A stretch of 39,901 nucleotides of DNA from Flavobacterium sp. (GCF_003525665.1 NZ_DQDX01000105.1:1-39901); one strand, 5' to 3'. Positions 17,043 to 28,643 are shown, numbered from the stretch's first letter. Numbers and translations are program-made. Notes: a model not told the origin generated them from the sequence alone.

Positions 17043-17939
17043 TTGGAAACAATTCTATCAATCAAAAATTTAAACAAACGTTATGGCAAACTACAAGCCG
17101 TAAAAAATGTTTCACTAGAAATTCATAAAGGAAATGTATACGGAATTCTTGGGCCAAATGGTTCGGGAAAATCTACAACTCTTGGAATTGTGCTTAACGT
17201 AGTTAACAAAACATCTGGTGAATACAGCTGGTTTGGCGGTACAATGGAAACACACGATGCTTTGAAAAAAGTTGGAGCTATTATTGAGCGACCAAATTTT
17301 TATCCGTACATGACTGCGCAAGAGAATTTAGAATTGGTTTGTAAAATTAAAGGAATTAGCTATTCTAAAGTACAAGAAAAACTTGAAATAGTTGGATTAA
17401 TAGATAGAAAAGACAGCAAGTTTAGAACTTTTTCATTGGGTATGAAACAACGTTTGGCAATTGCATCAGCATTGTTAAATGATCCAGAAATATTGATTTT
17501 AGATGAACCAACTAACGGTTTAGATCCGCAAGGAATTCATCAAATTAGAGATATTATTAGGTTAATTGCATCACAAGGAACTACAATTTTATTGGCATCG
17601 CATTTGTTAGACGAAGTAGAAAAAGTGTGTTCGCATGTTTTAGTTTTACGCAAAGGCGAAATTTTATATACTGGAACCGTTGCCGGAATGTCATCCTCAA
17701 ATGGAGTTGTAGAAGTTCAATCTAATGACATTGATTTGTTAATGAAAACATTAGAAAAATATCCAAATATTGATTCGATAAAGCTTGAAGAAGGAAAAGT
17801 AATTGTTCAATCATCAAGCACCATTGAACCTAGTGAATTGAACAAATTCTTAGTTCAAAACGAAATTTATGTAACCCATTTAGTAAAACGAAATCATTCG
17901 CTTGAAGAACAGTTTTTACAATTGACTGCTACTAAATAA
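17043..17939 (+). CDS. ABC-2 type transporter ATP-binding protein
   Basis: GPNGSGKST Walker A, FSLGMKQRL signature, ILDEPTNGLDP; TTG start. Confidence 0.95.
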   Translation: METILSIKNLNKRYGKLQAVKNVSLEIHKGNVYGILGPNGSGKSTTLGIVLNVVNKTSGEYSWFGGTMETHDALKKVGAIIERPNFYPYMTAQENLELVCKIKGISYSKVQEKLEIVGLIDRKDSKFRTFSLGMKQRLAIASALLNDPEILILDEPTNGLDPQGIHQIRDIIRLIASQGTTILLASHLLDEVEKVCSHVLVLRKGEILYTGTVAGMSSSNGVVEVQSNDIDLLMKTLEKYPNIDSIKLEEGKVIVQSSSTIEPSELNKFLVQNEIYVTHLVKRNHSLEEQFLQLTATK

Positions 17940-17966
17940 TTTCCAACTCAACCAAAACAAACACCA

Positions 17967-18803
17967 ATGAAACGATTATTATCTATAGAATTACAAAAAA
18001 TCTGGAAAAACAGAGCGAGTAGAATATTGACATTAACCTATTTTATTTTACTTACATTTTTAACTTTAATTGCGTCAATCAAATTTGATATTGGCCCATT
18101 TCATCTTGATTTAGCCGAACAAGGAATATTTAATTTTCCATACATTTGGCATTTTAACACCTATTTTGCTTCGTTTTTCAAAATATTTTTAGCCGTTGTA
18201 ATTGTATCTATGATGGCAAATGAATACAGTTATGGAACTCTAAAACAAAACCTAATAGATGGAATGAGTAAAAAAGAATTCATCTATTCTAAATTTCTTA
18301 CTGTAACATTATTTGCCGGAATTTCTGCAGTTTTTGTTTTTATAGTGTCATTAATTTTAGGTTTGATTTTTTCTTCTTTTAATGAGCCAAGTATAATTTT
18401 CTCTCAAATGGAATACCTACTTGCCTATTTTGTAAAGCTTATTGGATTTTTCTCTTTTTGCTTATTCTTGGGTATTTTAGTAAAAAAATCTGCCTTTGCA
18501 CTAGGTTTTCTGTTTTTTTGGAACATTATTGAAGGCATCATTATTGGAATTTTAAGTTTCAAAATTTTCCCAAAAAGTGATACCGCTCATTCAATAACTC
18601 AGTTTTTACCACTAGAATCAATGAGTAATTTAATTATTGAACCAGTTACTAGATTAGCCGTAATAAAATCTATAGGAAATCAAGTTGGTATTGAGAATGT
18701 AAAAGATTATGACGTTCACTGGTATTCTATTTTAATAGTTCTGGCTTGGACATCAATTTTTATTTTCTTGTCACATTATATCATTAAAAAACGAGATTTG
18801 TAG
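17967..18803 (+). CDS. ABC-2 type transporter permease
   Basis: About six TM segments, 'EYSYGTLK' motif, adjacent to ATPase. Confidence 0.9.
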   Translation: MKRLLSIELQKIWKNRASRILTLTYFILLTFLTLIASIKFDIGPFHLDLAEQGIFNFPYIWHFNTYFASFFKIFLAVVIVSMMANEYSYGTLKQNLIDGMSKKEFIYSKFLTVTLFAGISAVFVFIVSLILGLIFSSFNEPSIIFSQMEYLLAYFVKLIGFFSFCLFLGILVKKSAFALGFLFFWNIIEGIIIGILSFKIFPKSDTAHSITQFLPLESMSNLIIEPVTRLAVIKSIGNQVGIENVKDYDVHWYSILIVLAWTSIFIFLSHYIIKKRDL

Positions 18804-18811
18804 TATCTTTG
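18804..18811 (+). promoter_or_regulatory. Bacteroidetes -7 promoter box for T9SS cargo cluster
   Basis: TATCTTTG 8 bp before ATG 18820. Confidence 0.5.
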
Positions 18812-18819
18812 CCGATGCT

Positions 18820-21123
18820 ATGAAGTTTTTATTCTACAATTTAACACTAATCAGCATCTTTGTATTTGGCAACTCAGTAATTGCTCAAAACATAGTAGTT
18901 GATGACACTTATTCTGCTCAACAATTAGTTGAAAATGTTTTGGTAAACAGTCCATGTGCTGCTGTTTCTAATTTTTCTGTTAGTGGCGACACTTTCAGTA
19001 ATGGAGCGCAGAGTTATGGTTTTTTCAGTTACTCTGGAAGTGATTTTCCATTTAGTAATGGTATTGTTTTAAGTACATCTAGAGCAAGCAGAACTGCAGG
19101 TCCAAACGACAATCTAATCGACGAAGGTTCCACTTCTTGGCAAGGCGATTTTGATCTAGAACAAGCATTAGAAATTAATGGAACATTTAATGCGACTGCA
19201 CTTGAATTTGATTTTACACCATTAACAAGCAAAATAAGTTTCGACTACATTTTCGCTTCCGAAGAATATCAAGGAACTGCACCATGTCGCTATTCAGACG
19301 GATTTGCTTTTTTACTAAAAGTCGCTGGAAGTACTAATGAATATCAAAATTTAGCCTTAGTTCCTGGAACTTCAATACCTGTAAAAGTAACAACCGTTCA
19401 TCCAGAAATTCAAGGTTCGAGCGGCTGTGTTGCACAAAATGAAAGTTTTTTTGGAAGCTATAATAATTCCGTTCACCCAATAAACTTCAATGGTCAAACA
19501 ATAGTTATGACTGCCGAAGCCAATGTAACTCCAGGTGTAACTTATCATATAAAATTAGTTATTGCCGATGAAGAAAACATCAGATACGATTCGGCAATAT
19601 TTCTTGGTGGCGGAAGTTTTGATGTTGGTGTAGATTTAGGTACAGATAGATTACTTGCAACTCAAAATCCATTATGTCCTGGAGAAAATGTAGTTTTAAA
19701 CGCAACACAATCGGGTTCAAATACCTATCAATGGTTTAAAGACGGATTGGCAATTACTGGCGAAACCAATCCAACTTACACTGTAACTGACGATGGATTT
19801 TATGAAGTTGAAGTTTCCATCAATAGTTCAACTTGTGTTGCAAAAGGTGAAATAACTATTGAATATTCTACTGCACCAATTCTTGTAAATCAAACAATTA
19901 CTCAGTGTGACATAAATTCTGATGGTATTACAAACTACAATTTATCGGTATTAAATTCTTTGATTACAAACGGCGATGCACAGTTAAGTAATGTAACTTA
20001 TTACGAAAATTTATCCGATGCTCAACTTGGTGTAAATGCGATAGCAAACCCAACGAATTATCAAAATTTATCGACTAATCAATTAACAGCAACTGCTACA
20101 AATAGTTTTGGATGCATTGGTTTTGCTACTATTGATTTGCAAATTGCTACTAATTCAGTTCCAGCGATTACTCCAATTTCTACTTGTGATTTAGATGCAA
20201 CTCAAGACGGATTGACTTTAATTGATTTAAGTTCGACAGTAACTCCTACTCTTTTAAGTGGTTTTCCAAGTTCATTTACTGCATCCTATTTTTCAAATGA
20301 AAACGATGCTATTTTAAATTTAAATCCGTTAAATACCAATTTTACAAATACAACTCCGAATCAGCAAACAATTTATGGCAAAGTTGTAGATGGTATCAAT
20401 TGCATCGGAATTACTCCAATTCAAATCAATATCAACACCTTTACTCCATCCAATTTCGATGATGAAACCGTTTATTTATGCAACGGCACTTCAGTAGTTT
20501 TATCAGTTGCAGGTGGATTTTCAAGTTATGATTGGTCTAATGGTGAAATCGATAATTCTATAATTGCAACAACTTCTGGAAATTATTCAGTAACAGTTTC
20601 TGATGCAAACGGTTGTGAAAAAACAAAAAATTTCAATGTCGTTGAATCAAGCAGCGCAACAATTAATGATGTTGTAATAAATGACTTTGCTGGTAACAAT
20701 AATTCGATAGAAATAATCGCAACAGGTTCTGGAATTTACGAATATTCTCTTGATGGACTTAATTATCAAAGTAGTCCACTATTTTTTGGGCTTTCGCCAA
20801 ATGCTTATACGGTTTATGTAAAAGACACCAACCAATGCGGAATTGTTACCAAAGTAGTTTATGTTCTTGATTATCCTAGATTTTTCACACCAAATGGTGA
20901 TGGTACAAATGATGTTTGGAGAATAAAAAGAATTCAATTTCTAGACGATGCTTTGATCAACATTTTTGACCGATTTGGAAAATTAATAATCTCCTTAAAT
21001 CAAGATTCTATTGGATGGAATGGAACATACAACGGAATCGACTTACCGTCAACAGATTACTGGTTTGTAATTACACTTAACAACGGAAAAACAATTAAAG
21101 GAAATTTTTCATTAAAAAGATAA
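18820..21123 (+). CDS. T9SS type-B CTD surface protein with choice-of-anchor L-like N-terminal domain
   Basis: Signal peptide; F.Y.FASEEY, DGFAF, YHIKLVIAD...YDSAIFL; CTD FFTPNGDG.ND.W...IFDRFGKL...DYWF...KGNFSLKR. Confidence 0.9.
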   Translation: MKFLFYNLTLISIFVFGNSVIAQNIVVDDTYSAQQLVENVLVNSPCAAVSNFSVSGDTFSNGAQSYGFFSYSGSDFPFSNGIVLSTSRASRTAGPNDNLIDEGSTSWQGDFDLEQALEINGTFNATALEFDFTPLTSKISFDYIFASEEYQGTAPCRYSDGFAFLLKVAGSTNEYQNLALVPGTSIPVKVTTVHPEIQGSSGCVAQNESFFGSYNNSVHPINFNGQTIVMTAEANVTPGVTYHIKLVIADEENIRYDSAIFLGGGSFDVGVDLGTDRLLATQNPLCPGENVVLNATQSGSNTYQWFKDGLAITGETNPTYTVTDDGFYEVEVSINSSTCVAKGEITIEYSTAPILVNQTITQCDINSDGITNYNLSVLNSLITNGDAQLSNVTYYENLSDAQLGVNAIANPTNYQNLSTNQLTATATNSFGCIGFATIDLQIATNSVPAITPISTCDLDATQDGLTLIDLSSTVTPTLLSGFPSSFTASYFSNENDAILNLNPLNTNFTNTTPNQQTIYGKVVDGINCIGITPIQININTFTPSNFDDETVYLCNGTSVVLSVAGGFSSYDWSNGEIDNSIIATTSGNYSVTVSDANGCEKTKNFNVVESSSATINDVVINDFAGNNNSIEIIATGSGIYEYSLDGLNYQSSPLFFGLSPNAYTVYVKDTNQCGIVTKVVYVLDYPRFFTPNGDGTNDVWRIKRIQFLDDALINIFDRFGKLIISLNQDSIGWNGTYNGIDLPSTDYWFVITLNNGKTIKGNFSLKR

Positions 21124-21152
21124 AATTGTAATTTTTTTACTATTTTTATAAA

Positions 21153-24100
21153 ATGAAAAAGAATATCCTATTTATAGCCTTAATTGCCTTACTATCAGTT
21201 AATTGTTTCAGTCAATTTAGTAAAACTCATTACATTCCGCCAGTAGGTGGATCAGAAAATGTACCTGCAGAAGAACAATACTTATATGTTTCAACTCCAA
21301 GTATTACACCTGTTAACTTCATCATTAAACAACTTGGAGGAATCACAATTAGTGGTGTAGTTTCAAGAGATGTTCCTTATGTATACAATATCGGATTTGG
21401 AACTTTTACTCAAATTCACGTCAATGAATCTGAAATAGGTAATGTTTTAAACAATAAGGGTTTCATTATAGAAGCAGAAGATTTGGTATATGTGACAGCG
21501 CGAATTATAGCTGGAAACACCAATCAAGCTGGGCAAATTACCTCTAAAGGTACAGCAGCTTTAGGAACTAGATTTAGAGCTGGCGGTTTTTTGAACACGC
21601 TAATACCTGGTTATAGTGCTAATAATTTAACCTTTATTTCTGTGCTTGCTACAGAGAATAACACTACTGTAAATTTTAGCGATATTCCAACAGATGCAGT
21701 TTTAATAAATAATTTTTCAGGCATAATTCCGCCACCAAGTGTCGTTTTAAACGCTGGCGAAAGTTATGTTTTGGCTGTTAAAGGTCCGACCGTTGCCAAT
21801 AGGGATGCGTTAATTGGCGCTTTAGTAACTTCTGATAAACCTATAGCGGTAAATTGCGGTTCTTATGGTGGTACAAATGGAGAAATGGCAAACCTAGATA
21901 TTGGTTTTGATCAAATTGTTTCGGCAGAACGCACTGGTTCTGAATACATTTTTATAAAAAGTACAGGATTACCGAATGTTGAAAGAGTACTTTTAATTGC
22001 CGATGAAAACAATACAGCTATATTTTTAAACGGAAGTACTACAGCTAGTTACAATTTAAATGCTGGAGAATATATTGCTTTAAACGGAGCAGATTACAAT
22101 GCAAATGGAAATTTATACGTAACTTCTTCAAAAAACATCTTTGCCTATCAAAGTGTTGGCGATAATATAAGAATTGATCAGGCCAATCAAGAAATGTTTT
22201 TTGTACCGCCATTAAGTTGTCAAACTCCAAAAGTAATTAACAACATTCCTTTTATTGAAAAAATTGGTAACCGAAATTTTACAGGTAGAGTTACAATTAC
22301 AACAGAAGTTGGCGCCACTTTAAATTTTATTATTGACGGAGTTAACTACACTTTGGCCGGTTTACCGGGCGGAATTACTGTAGCTGGACCAACAAATGTT
22401 ATAGGAAATACAAATTATCAATGTTATACCATTGCTGGTTTAACCGGAAATGTCTCTGTTTTTTCAAGCGGACAATTGTACTTAACTGCCTATGGAAGTG
22501 ATGGTGCTGCAACTTTTGGTGGCTACTACTCTGGTTTTACTTTTAAACCCGAAGTTATTTTTCAACCTGTAGATAGTACTCAATCTAATTGTATTCCTAA
22601 TGTTGAATTAGAAGTTAATACTCTTAGTGGGTTTGATACCTATCAATGGTTTTTTAATGATGTTGCAATTCCTACAGCAACTTCTGCAACCTACTCACCT
22701 ACTCAACCAGGAAATTACAAAGTAAGAGCTACATTATCTGCTTGCGGAATTAATCTTTTTTCAGATGATATTCCCGTAAGTACTTGTCCAACGGATTTAG
22801 ATAACGATTCTGTAAATGATAATATCGATTTGGATAGCGATAATGACGGAATTACAAATTGCAATGAATCATTTGGAAATCAAATTATTAATTTATCAAA
22901 TAGTAGTTCGGGTCCGATAAATGTTTCAACCTACACTAATTCATTTACAGGAACAATTACCACTTCAACTACTGCAAGTGCAACGCCTTTTGTTGGTGCG
23001 GCTGATGGAAGTTTTATTTCTGAAGTACCTGCAGGAAAAGGTAATTTCGTGAAATATACTATGACATTCGCTCAACCAATGAGTGTTGGTTTAGAATATA
23101 TCACAACTGCTGCCGCATCAGATTTATTGAATGCCAATGCACAATACGTTGTAAATTCGCCAATTAACAAAACCATTACTGTACTAAATCCTTCAAATCA
23201 ACTATTAATTGATACTAATTATGATGGAATTTACGAAAGTGGTGTAACCGAATTTTCTTCATTCGAAATTCGATTTATTTCTAATAGTACAATTCCACTT
23301 GCTGCTGGAACCGGAACTTTCAAATTTTTAACCAACCTATCAAGCTCTATTAGTTTCACTCATAAAAATTTATTAGATTCTGATCCTAACAAAGTTAGCC
23401 TAAAATTTTATGCAACATGTGTTCCTAAAGATAGTGATAATGATGGTGTTGCAGATCAAATGGATTTAGATAGTGACAACGATAGTATTTTAGATTTTTA
23501 CGAAACTCAAGGTGCTAATTTTGTAGCTCTAAGTAATGTCGATGCCAATAATGATGGAATAGATGATATTTTCGGAAATGGCATTACTCCTGCAAATAAT
23601 GACACTGATTCTGTTCCAAATTATTTAGATTTAGATAGTGATAACGACGGTATATTTGATATAATCGAATCTGGAAGTCCAGGAAATAGTACAAATACAA
23701 ATGGAGATTCTAACAATACCAATTTTGGTGTAAATGGTTTAGACGATGCATTGGAAACTTCAATTGATAGCGGTATAATTAATTACACTTTAGCAGATAC
23801 TGATAACGACGGAATTTTTAATTACGTAGAATTAGATAGCGACAACGACGGTTGTATTGATATTATCGAAGCAGGTTATACCGATGCTAACGGCGACGGA
23901 ATAGTTGGAGACGAAAATCCAGCAACATTTAATACCGGAGCAACTTTGGTTGGTACAGTAATTTCGGCATCAGGTTATGGAGTTCCAAACGGAAATTATA
24001 TAATTGCAGCTCCAATTACAATAAACACGCAACCACAAGATATCACTACTTGTGAACTTCAAAATGCGACATTTACTGTTGATACCAATCCTGTAAATTC

Positions 24101-26246
24101 CTACCAATGGCAAATATCTACTGATGGCGGAACTACTTTTACTAATTTAGCTAACAATACAACTTATTCTGGAGTAAACACTGTTACATTATTAATTAGT
24201 GGTGTTACACCATCAATGAACAATTATGAATACAGAGTAATTTTAAATAAAAATGGAAATTCTTGCGGACTAACTTCTGCTTCTGGAACTTTAACCACGT
24301 ATGCACTTCCTGTTGTAGCAACACCAGTAACTTTGGTTCAATGTGATAATGATACCGATGGAATTTCTACATTTAATTTAACCGAAAAAAATACTTTCAT
24401 TTCTGCAAATTATCTGGTAGAAACATTTACTTATTTTACTTCATCTGCAGCCGCAAATACTAATAATACGGCACTTTTAATTGCCGATCCGTTGGCTTAT
24501 ACTTCTTCGAATGCCACTGTTTGGGTGCGAGTTCAAAACGGTAACGGATGTTTTAGAGTTGTTCAATTAAATTTAGTGGTTTCAATAACACAATTGCCTC
24601 CAACTTTTTCAAGAAGTTTATTTGTTTGTGATGATTATGTTGATGCTGTAAATGACGATCGCGACGGAATTTCTAGTTTTAATTTTAGTAGTGTAACCAC
24701 TGCAATTCAAGCTCAATTACCAACTACATCTGCCTATACAATCAACTATTACAGAAATGAAGCCGATGCTTTAGCAGAATTTGATACAAGCGGAGTTTCA
24801 TTGGCAATTACAGATATTACAAATTATAGAAATATTGGTTATCCAAATACACAACAAATTTGGGTTAGAGTAGATAGTAATTTGGATAACGCTTGTTACG
24901 GACTTGGACCCTATTTAACATTAACAGTCGAAGCTTTACCAACAGCTTATCCTGTAAATGCAACAAATACAATACGAGCTTGTGATGATGACCACGATGG
25001 AATTTTTGGATTTGACACATCAACATTAGAAGCTACTATTTTAAACGGTCAAACAAATGCTTTTGTTCGCTATTTTGATGCATCAGGAAATCCATTAAAT
25101 CCATTACCAAATCCGTTTGTAGTGAATACTTCAACTTCAATAACAGTTAGAGTAATTAATAACACTACATCGACAACAACTGGTGCGTGTTTTGACGAAG
25201 AAACTATTCAATTTATAGTTGATGATTTACCTCAAATTTTTCCATTAGCAGCAAATCAATTAACTTTTTGTGATGATGAAATTAATCCTGCTGACCAAGA
25301 TGGTATTTTAAACATTGACACTACTACTATTCTTCCAACAATTTTACAAGGTCAAACAGGTTTAGACATCACTTTTACATTAGAAGATGGAACAGTTTTA
25401 ACAAGTTTGCCTCCAACATTCACAACCGGAACACAAGATGTAATTTTAACATTAACAAATCCATTAAATCCATCTTGCCCAGTTTCTACAACTTTAAATT
25501 TTGTTGTTAATCCGGTTCCAAAAATTGAATTGGTTGGACGCGAACTTGTATGTACCAATTTACCAGCTTTCACAGTTACTTTTAATGCAGGTATTTTAGA
25601 TGGAACACCACCAAGTGATTACGATTTTCAATGGTTTTTAAACGGTACACCTTTACTAAATCAAACAAATTATTCAATTACAGTAAACACCGAAGGAATT
25701 TATAGTGTTCAAGTTACCAATGCTAATGGATGTTCAAGAACCAAAGTTATTGAAGTTGTTGCGTCTGATATCGCATCGATACAAAATATTGAAGTTGTAG
25801 ATTTAGTTGACATAAATACTATTGAAGTTATTGTGACAGGTTCTGGCGATTATGTGTACAGTTTGGATGATGAATACAGCTACCAAGAATCTAATTTTTT
25901 CAATAATGTTCCAATGGGATTACACATTGTTTATATTAAAGATGTAAACGGATGTGGTGTTGTTCAAAAATTGGTGTCTGTTCTTGGAATACCAAAATAT
26001 TTTACCCCTAACGGTGATGGAATCCACGATACTTGGAATATTAAAGGTGCCAATTCGCAATTCTATCCTAATTCAATCATTTATATCTTTGATAGATTCG
26101 GAAAACTTATCAAGCAAATAAAACCATTTGGACCAGGTTGGGACGGCATGTACAACGGAAATCCAGCACCATCAGATGATTATTGGTTTGACATAAAATT
26201 TGATGATGGACGAAGTGCTAAAGGACATTTTTCTCTTAAGCGATAA
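21153..26246 (+). CDS. Large T9SS type-B CTD adhesin-like protein (IgGFc-binding-like N-terminus, Ca-binding DxDSDNDG repeats, Ig-like repeats)
   Basis: 1697 aa; VTSDKPIAVNCGS; multiple DLDSDNDG motifs; CTD YFTPNGDG.HD.W...KGHFSLKR. Confidence 0.9.
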   Translation: MKKNILFIALIALLSVNCFSQFSKTHYIPPVGGSENVPAEEQYLYVSTPSITPVNFIIKQLGGITISGVVSRDVPYVYNIGFGTFTQIHVNESEIGNVLNNKGFIIEAEDLVYVTARIIAGNTNQAGQITSKGTAALGTRFRAGGFLNTLIPGYSANNLTFISVLATENNTTVNFSDIPTDAVLINNFSGIIPPPSVVLNAGESYVLAVKGPTVANRDALIGALVTSDKPIAVNCGSYGGTNGEMANLDIGFDQIVSAERTGSEYIFIKSTGLPNVERVLLIADENNTAIFLNGSTTASYNLNAGEYIALNGADYNANGNLYVTSSKNIFAYQSVGDNIRIDQANQEMFFVPPLSCQTPKVINNIPFIEKIGNRNFTGRVTITTEVGATLNFIIDGVNYTLAGLPGGITVAGPTNVIGNTNYQCYTIAGLTGNVSVFSSGQLYLTAYGSDGAATFGGYYSGFTFKPEVIFQPVDSTQSNCIPNVELEVNTLSGFDTYQWFFNDVAIPTATSATYSPTQPGNYKVRATLSACGINLFSDDIPVSTCPTDLDNDSVNDNIDLDSDNDGITNCNESFGNQIINLSNSSSGPINVSTYTNSFTGTITTSTTASATPFVGAADGSFISEVPAGKGNFVKYTMTFAQPMSVGLEYITTAAASDLLNANAQYVVNSPINKTITVLNPSNQLLIDTNYDGIYESGVTEFSSFEIRFISNSTIPLAAGTGTFKFLTNLSSSISFTHKNLLDSDPNKVSLKFYATCVPKDSDNDGVADQMDLDSDNDSILDFYETQGANFVALSNVDANNDGIDDIFGNGITPANNDTDSVPNYLDLDSDNDGIFDIIESGSPGNSTNTNGDSNNTNFGVNGLDDALETSIDSGIINYTLADTDNDGIFNYVELDSDNDGCIDIIEAGYTDANGDGIVGDENPATFNTGATLVGTVISASGYGVPNGNYIIAAPITINTQPQDITTCELQNATFTVDTNPVNSYQWQISTDGGTTFTNLANNTTYSGVNTVTLLISGVTPSMNNYEYRVILNKNGNSCGLTSASGTLTTYALPVVATPVTLVQCDNDTDGISTFNLTEKNTFISANYLVETFTYFTSSAAANTNNTALLIADPLAYTSSNATVWVRVQNGNGCFRVVQLNLVVSITQLPPTFSRSLFVCDDYVDAVNDDRDGISSFNFSSVTTAIQAQLPTTSAYTINYYRNEADALAEFDTSGVSLAITDITNYRNIGYPNTQQIWVRVDSNLDNACYGLGPYLTLTVEALPTAYPVNATNTIRACDDDHDGIFGFDTSTLEATILNGQTNAFVRYFDASGNPLNPLPNPFVVNTSTSITVRVINNTTSTTTGACFDEETIQFIVDDLPQIFPLAANQLTFCDDEINPADQDGILNIDTTTILPTILQGQTGLDITFTLEDGTVLTSLPPTFTTGTQDVILTLTNPLNPSCPVSTTLNFVVNPVPKIELVGRELVCTNLPAFTVTFNAGILDGTPPSDYDFQWFLNGTPLLNQTNYSITVNTEGIYSVQVTNANGCSRTKVIEVVASDIASIQNIEVVDLVDINTIEVIVTGSGDYVYSLDDEYSYQESNFFNNVPMGLHIVYIKDVNGCGVVQKLVSVLGIPKYFTPNGDGIHDTWNIKGANSQFYPNSIIYIFDRFGKLIKQIKPFGPGWDGMYNGNPAPSDDYWFDIKFDDGRSAKGHFSLKR

Positions 26247-26249
26247 TAT

Positions 26250-28622
26250 ATGCTTTATTATAAAAAAATAATTTTCGCTTTCATCCTTTTTTCTGTGCAA
26301 TTCAGTTTCTCACAAAATGATTGCGTTGATGCGCTAGTAGCTTGCGGAAATAGTAACTACAATAACATATCAATTGTTGGACCTGGTGTGAGTGAAGTAA
26401 ATGCTTCTAACTCATGTACCGGTCAAGAAAACAATTCGTTGTGGATTAAAGTTACTATTCAAAATCCAGGAACTTTGGGCTTTACTTTAACTCCTAATAA
26501 TGCTTCTCTAAATATCGACTTTGATTTTTGGGTTTTTGGTCCAACGGCAAGTTGTTCCAATCTTGGGCAATCAATACGTTGCTCGACAACAAATCCGCAG
26601 TTATCTAATGCTTCCAATAATCAAACTGGAATGAATGCTACAGAAACAGATACTGCCGAAGGTCCTGGTCCGCTGGGTAACAATTTTGTAAGTGCTCTAA
26701 ATGTTCTGGCAGACGAAACATATTATTTAGTAATTGATAGATTTAGTGGTGACAGTAACTTTAGTCTACAATGGACAGGAACTGCAACTTTTAGTGATGC
26801 TCCAATAATTAATAATACTACTGCTGGCTCAACATTAAACATCAGTAAATGTGATTCTGATGCAGTTCAAGACAACAGCACCTCATTTGATTTAACACAA
26901 AACCAATCCTTAGCAATCGGTTCACAAACCAATATTCTTGCCACATTTCACATCTCTGAAAATGATGCCATTGTTGGTTCTAATGAAATTACAAACACTT
27001 CCAATTTTACGAACACATCAAATCCGCAAATCCTATACATTCGACTTGAAAATGCATTGACTGGTTGCTTTACTACTTCCAATTTTAGTTTGACGGTAAC
27101 TCCATTTCAAACACAAAATCCTGTAACTATTGAATCTTGTGATAATGATAACGATGGATTTGCAACTTTTAATTTATTAGAAAATACTTCTATTTTAACT
27201 AATGGAGATCCCGACATTGTGGTAACTTATCATCCTACAAACAATGATACCACTACTCTACCAAACAATTACACCAATCTGGTTGCGTATACAAATGAAA
27301 CTCTTTGGGCAAAAATCAGTGATAGTAGTACTAGTTGTTATGCCTACAAACCATTTGATATCATCCTAAATGCAGCACCAGTTGCAGTTGCATCACAACT
27401 AACTCAATGCGATTTTGAAGTTTTTCCTAACGGATTAACCACTTTTAATTTGAATGAAGCCAACGATGCACTTACAAATAATGATGCTAATTTAGTGACG
27501 TCATTCTATTTAAATAATGCGGATGCTGTTGCAAATACTAATGCGTTATCGTCTAACTATACCAATATTTCAAATCCTCAAGTAATTGCTGTTCGAGTTA
27601 CAAATTCGATAACCGGATGTTATACAATTACACAGTTAACACTTAATGTCACAGTAAATCCGACACAAGTTGTCACGCTTAATGAATGTGATAATGATGG
27701 TACAGAAGATGGAATCACTACCTTTAATTTAACCGATGCCGGATTTGAACAATCAGGAAATACTGTAACCTATTTTTCTAGTTCAAATGATGCTTTGTTA
27801 GAGCAAAACCAAATAACGGCGACCACCTTCACAACCCAAACTGTTTATGCACGAATCGAAAATGGTAACAATTGTATTGGTCTTAATGTGATTAATTTAA
27901 CAGTAAAACCATTACCCAATTTTACGCTTACCCAATTCGGTTTATTATGTTTAAATGATGTTTCGCAGCCCACACAATTAACTGCTCAAATGGTAAATCC
28001 ATTAAGTCATAGTTTTTTATGGACGCCAACCAACGAAACAACTCAAAGTATCGATGTAACTCAAAACGGAACTTACACGGTAACAGTAACAAATAATGCA
28101 ACATCATGCTCTAAAACACTAGACATTGTTGTAACTGGTTCAGAAATCGCTACAATTCAAGATATCGAAATTGTAGAATTATCCAATAATAATTCTGTTG
28201 AAATTATTGTAACTGGCTCTGGAGATTACGTGTATAGTTTGGATAATGAAGATGGATATCAAACCTCTAACCTATTTGAAAATGTCACAATGGGTTTTCA
28301 TATTGTTTATATAAAAGATTTGAAAGGTTGTGGCGTAGTTGAAAAAGAAATTGCTGTACTTGGTGTGCCCCAATTTTTTACTCCAAATGGAGACGGAATT
28401 AACGACACATGGAATATAAAAGGTGCCAATGACAAATTTTATTCTAATTCTATAATCTATATTTTCGATAGATTTGGAAAACTTATCAAGCAAATAAAGC
28501 CTTTCGGACCAGGTTGGGACGGAAAGTATAACGGTCAAGTTTTAAATAGTACTGATTATTGGTATTCTATAAAATTTGACGATGGTCGAAGTGCCAAAGG
28601 ACATTTTTCATTAAAACGATAA
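26250..28622 (+). CDS. T9SS type-B CTD surface protein
   Basis: Signal peptide, DFDFWVFGP, CD.D.DG...FNL repeats, CTD FFTPNGDGINDTW...KGHFSLKR. Confidence 0.9.
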   Translation: MLYYKKIIFAFILFSVQFSFSQNDCVDALVACGNSNYNNISIVGPGVSEVNASNSCTGQENNSLWIKVTIQNPGTLGFTLTPNNASLNIDFDFWVFGPTASCSNLGQSIRCSTTNPQLSNASNNQTGMNATETDTAEGPGPLGNNFVSALNVLADETYYLVIDRFSGDSNFSLQWTGTATFSDAPIINNTTAGSTLNISKCDSDAVQDNSTSFDLTQNQSLAIGSQTNILATFHISENDAIVGSNEITNTSNFTNTSNPQILYIRLENALTGCFTTSNFSLTVTPFQTQNPVTIESCDNDNDGFATFNLLENTSILTNGDPDIVVTYHPTNNDTTTLPNNYTNLVAYTNETLWAKISDSSTSCYAYKPFDIILNAAPVAVASQLTQCDFEVFPNGLTTFNLNEANDALTNNDANLVTSFYLNNADAVANTNALSSNYTNISNPQVIAVRVTNSITGCYTITQLTLNVTVNPTQVVTLNECDNDGTEDGITTFNLTDAGFEQSGNTVTYFSSSNDALLEQNQITATTFTTQTVYARIENGNNCIGLNVINLTVKPLPNFTLTQFGLLCLNDVSQPTQLTAQMVNPLSHSFLWTPTNETTQSIDVTQNGTYTVTVTNNATSCSKTLDIVVTGSEIATIQDIEIVELSNNNSVEIIVTGSGDYVYSLDNEDGYQTSNLFENVTMGFHIVYIKDLKGCGVVEKEIAVLGVPQFFTPNGDGINDTWNIKGANDKFYSNSIIYIFDRFGKLIKQIKPFGPGWDGKYNGQVLNSTDYWYSIKFDDGRSAKGHFSLKR

Positions 28623-28643
28623 AGCATCAAACGTTTATAAAAC

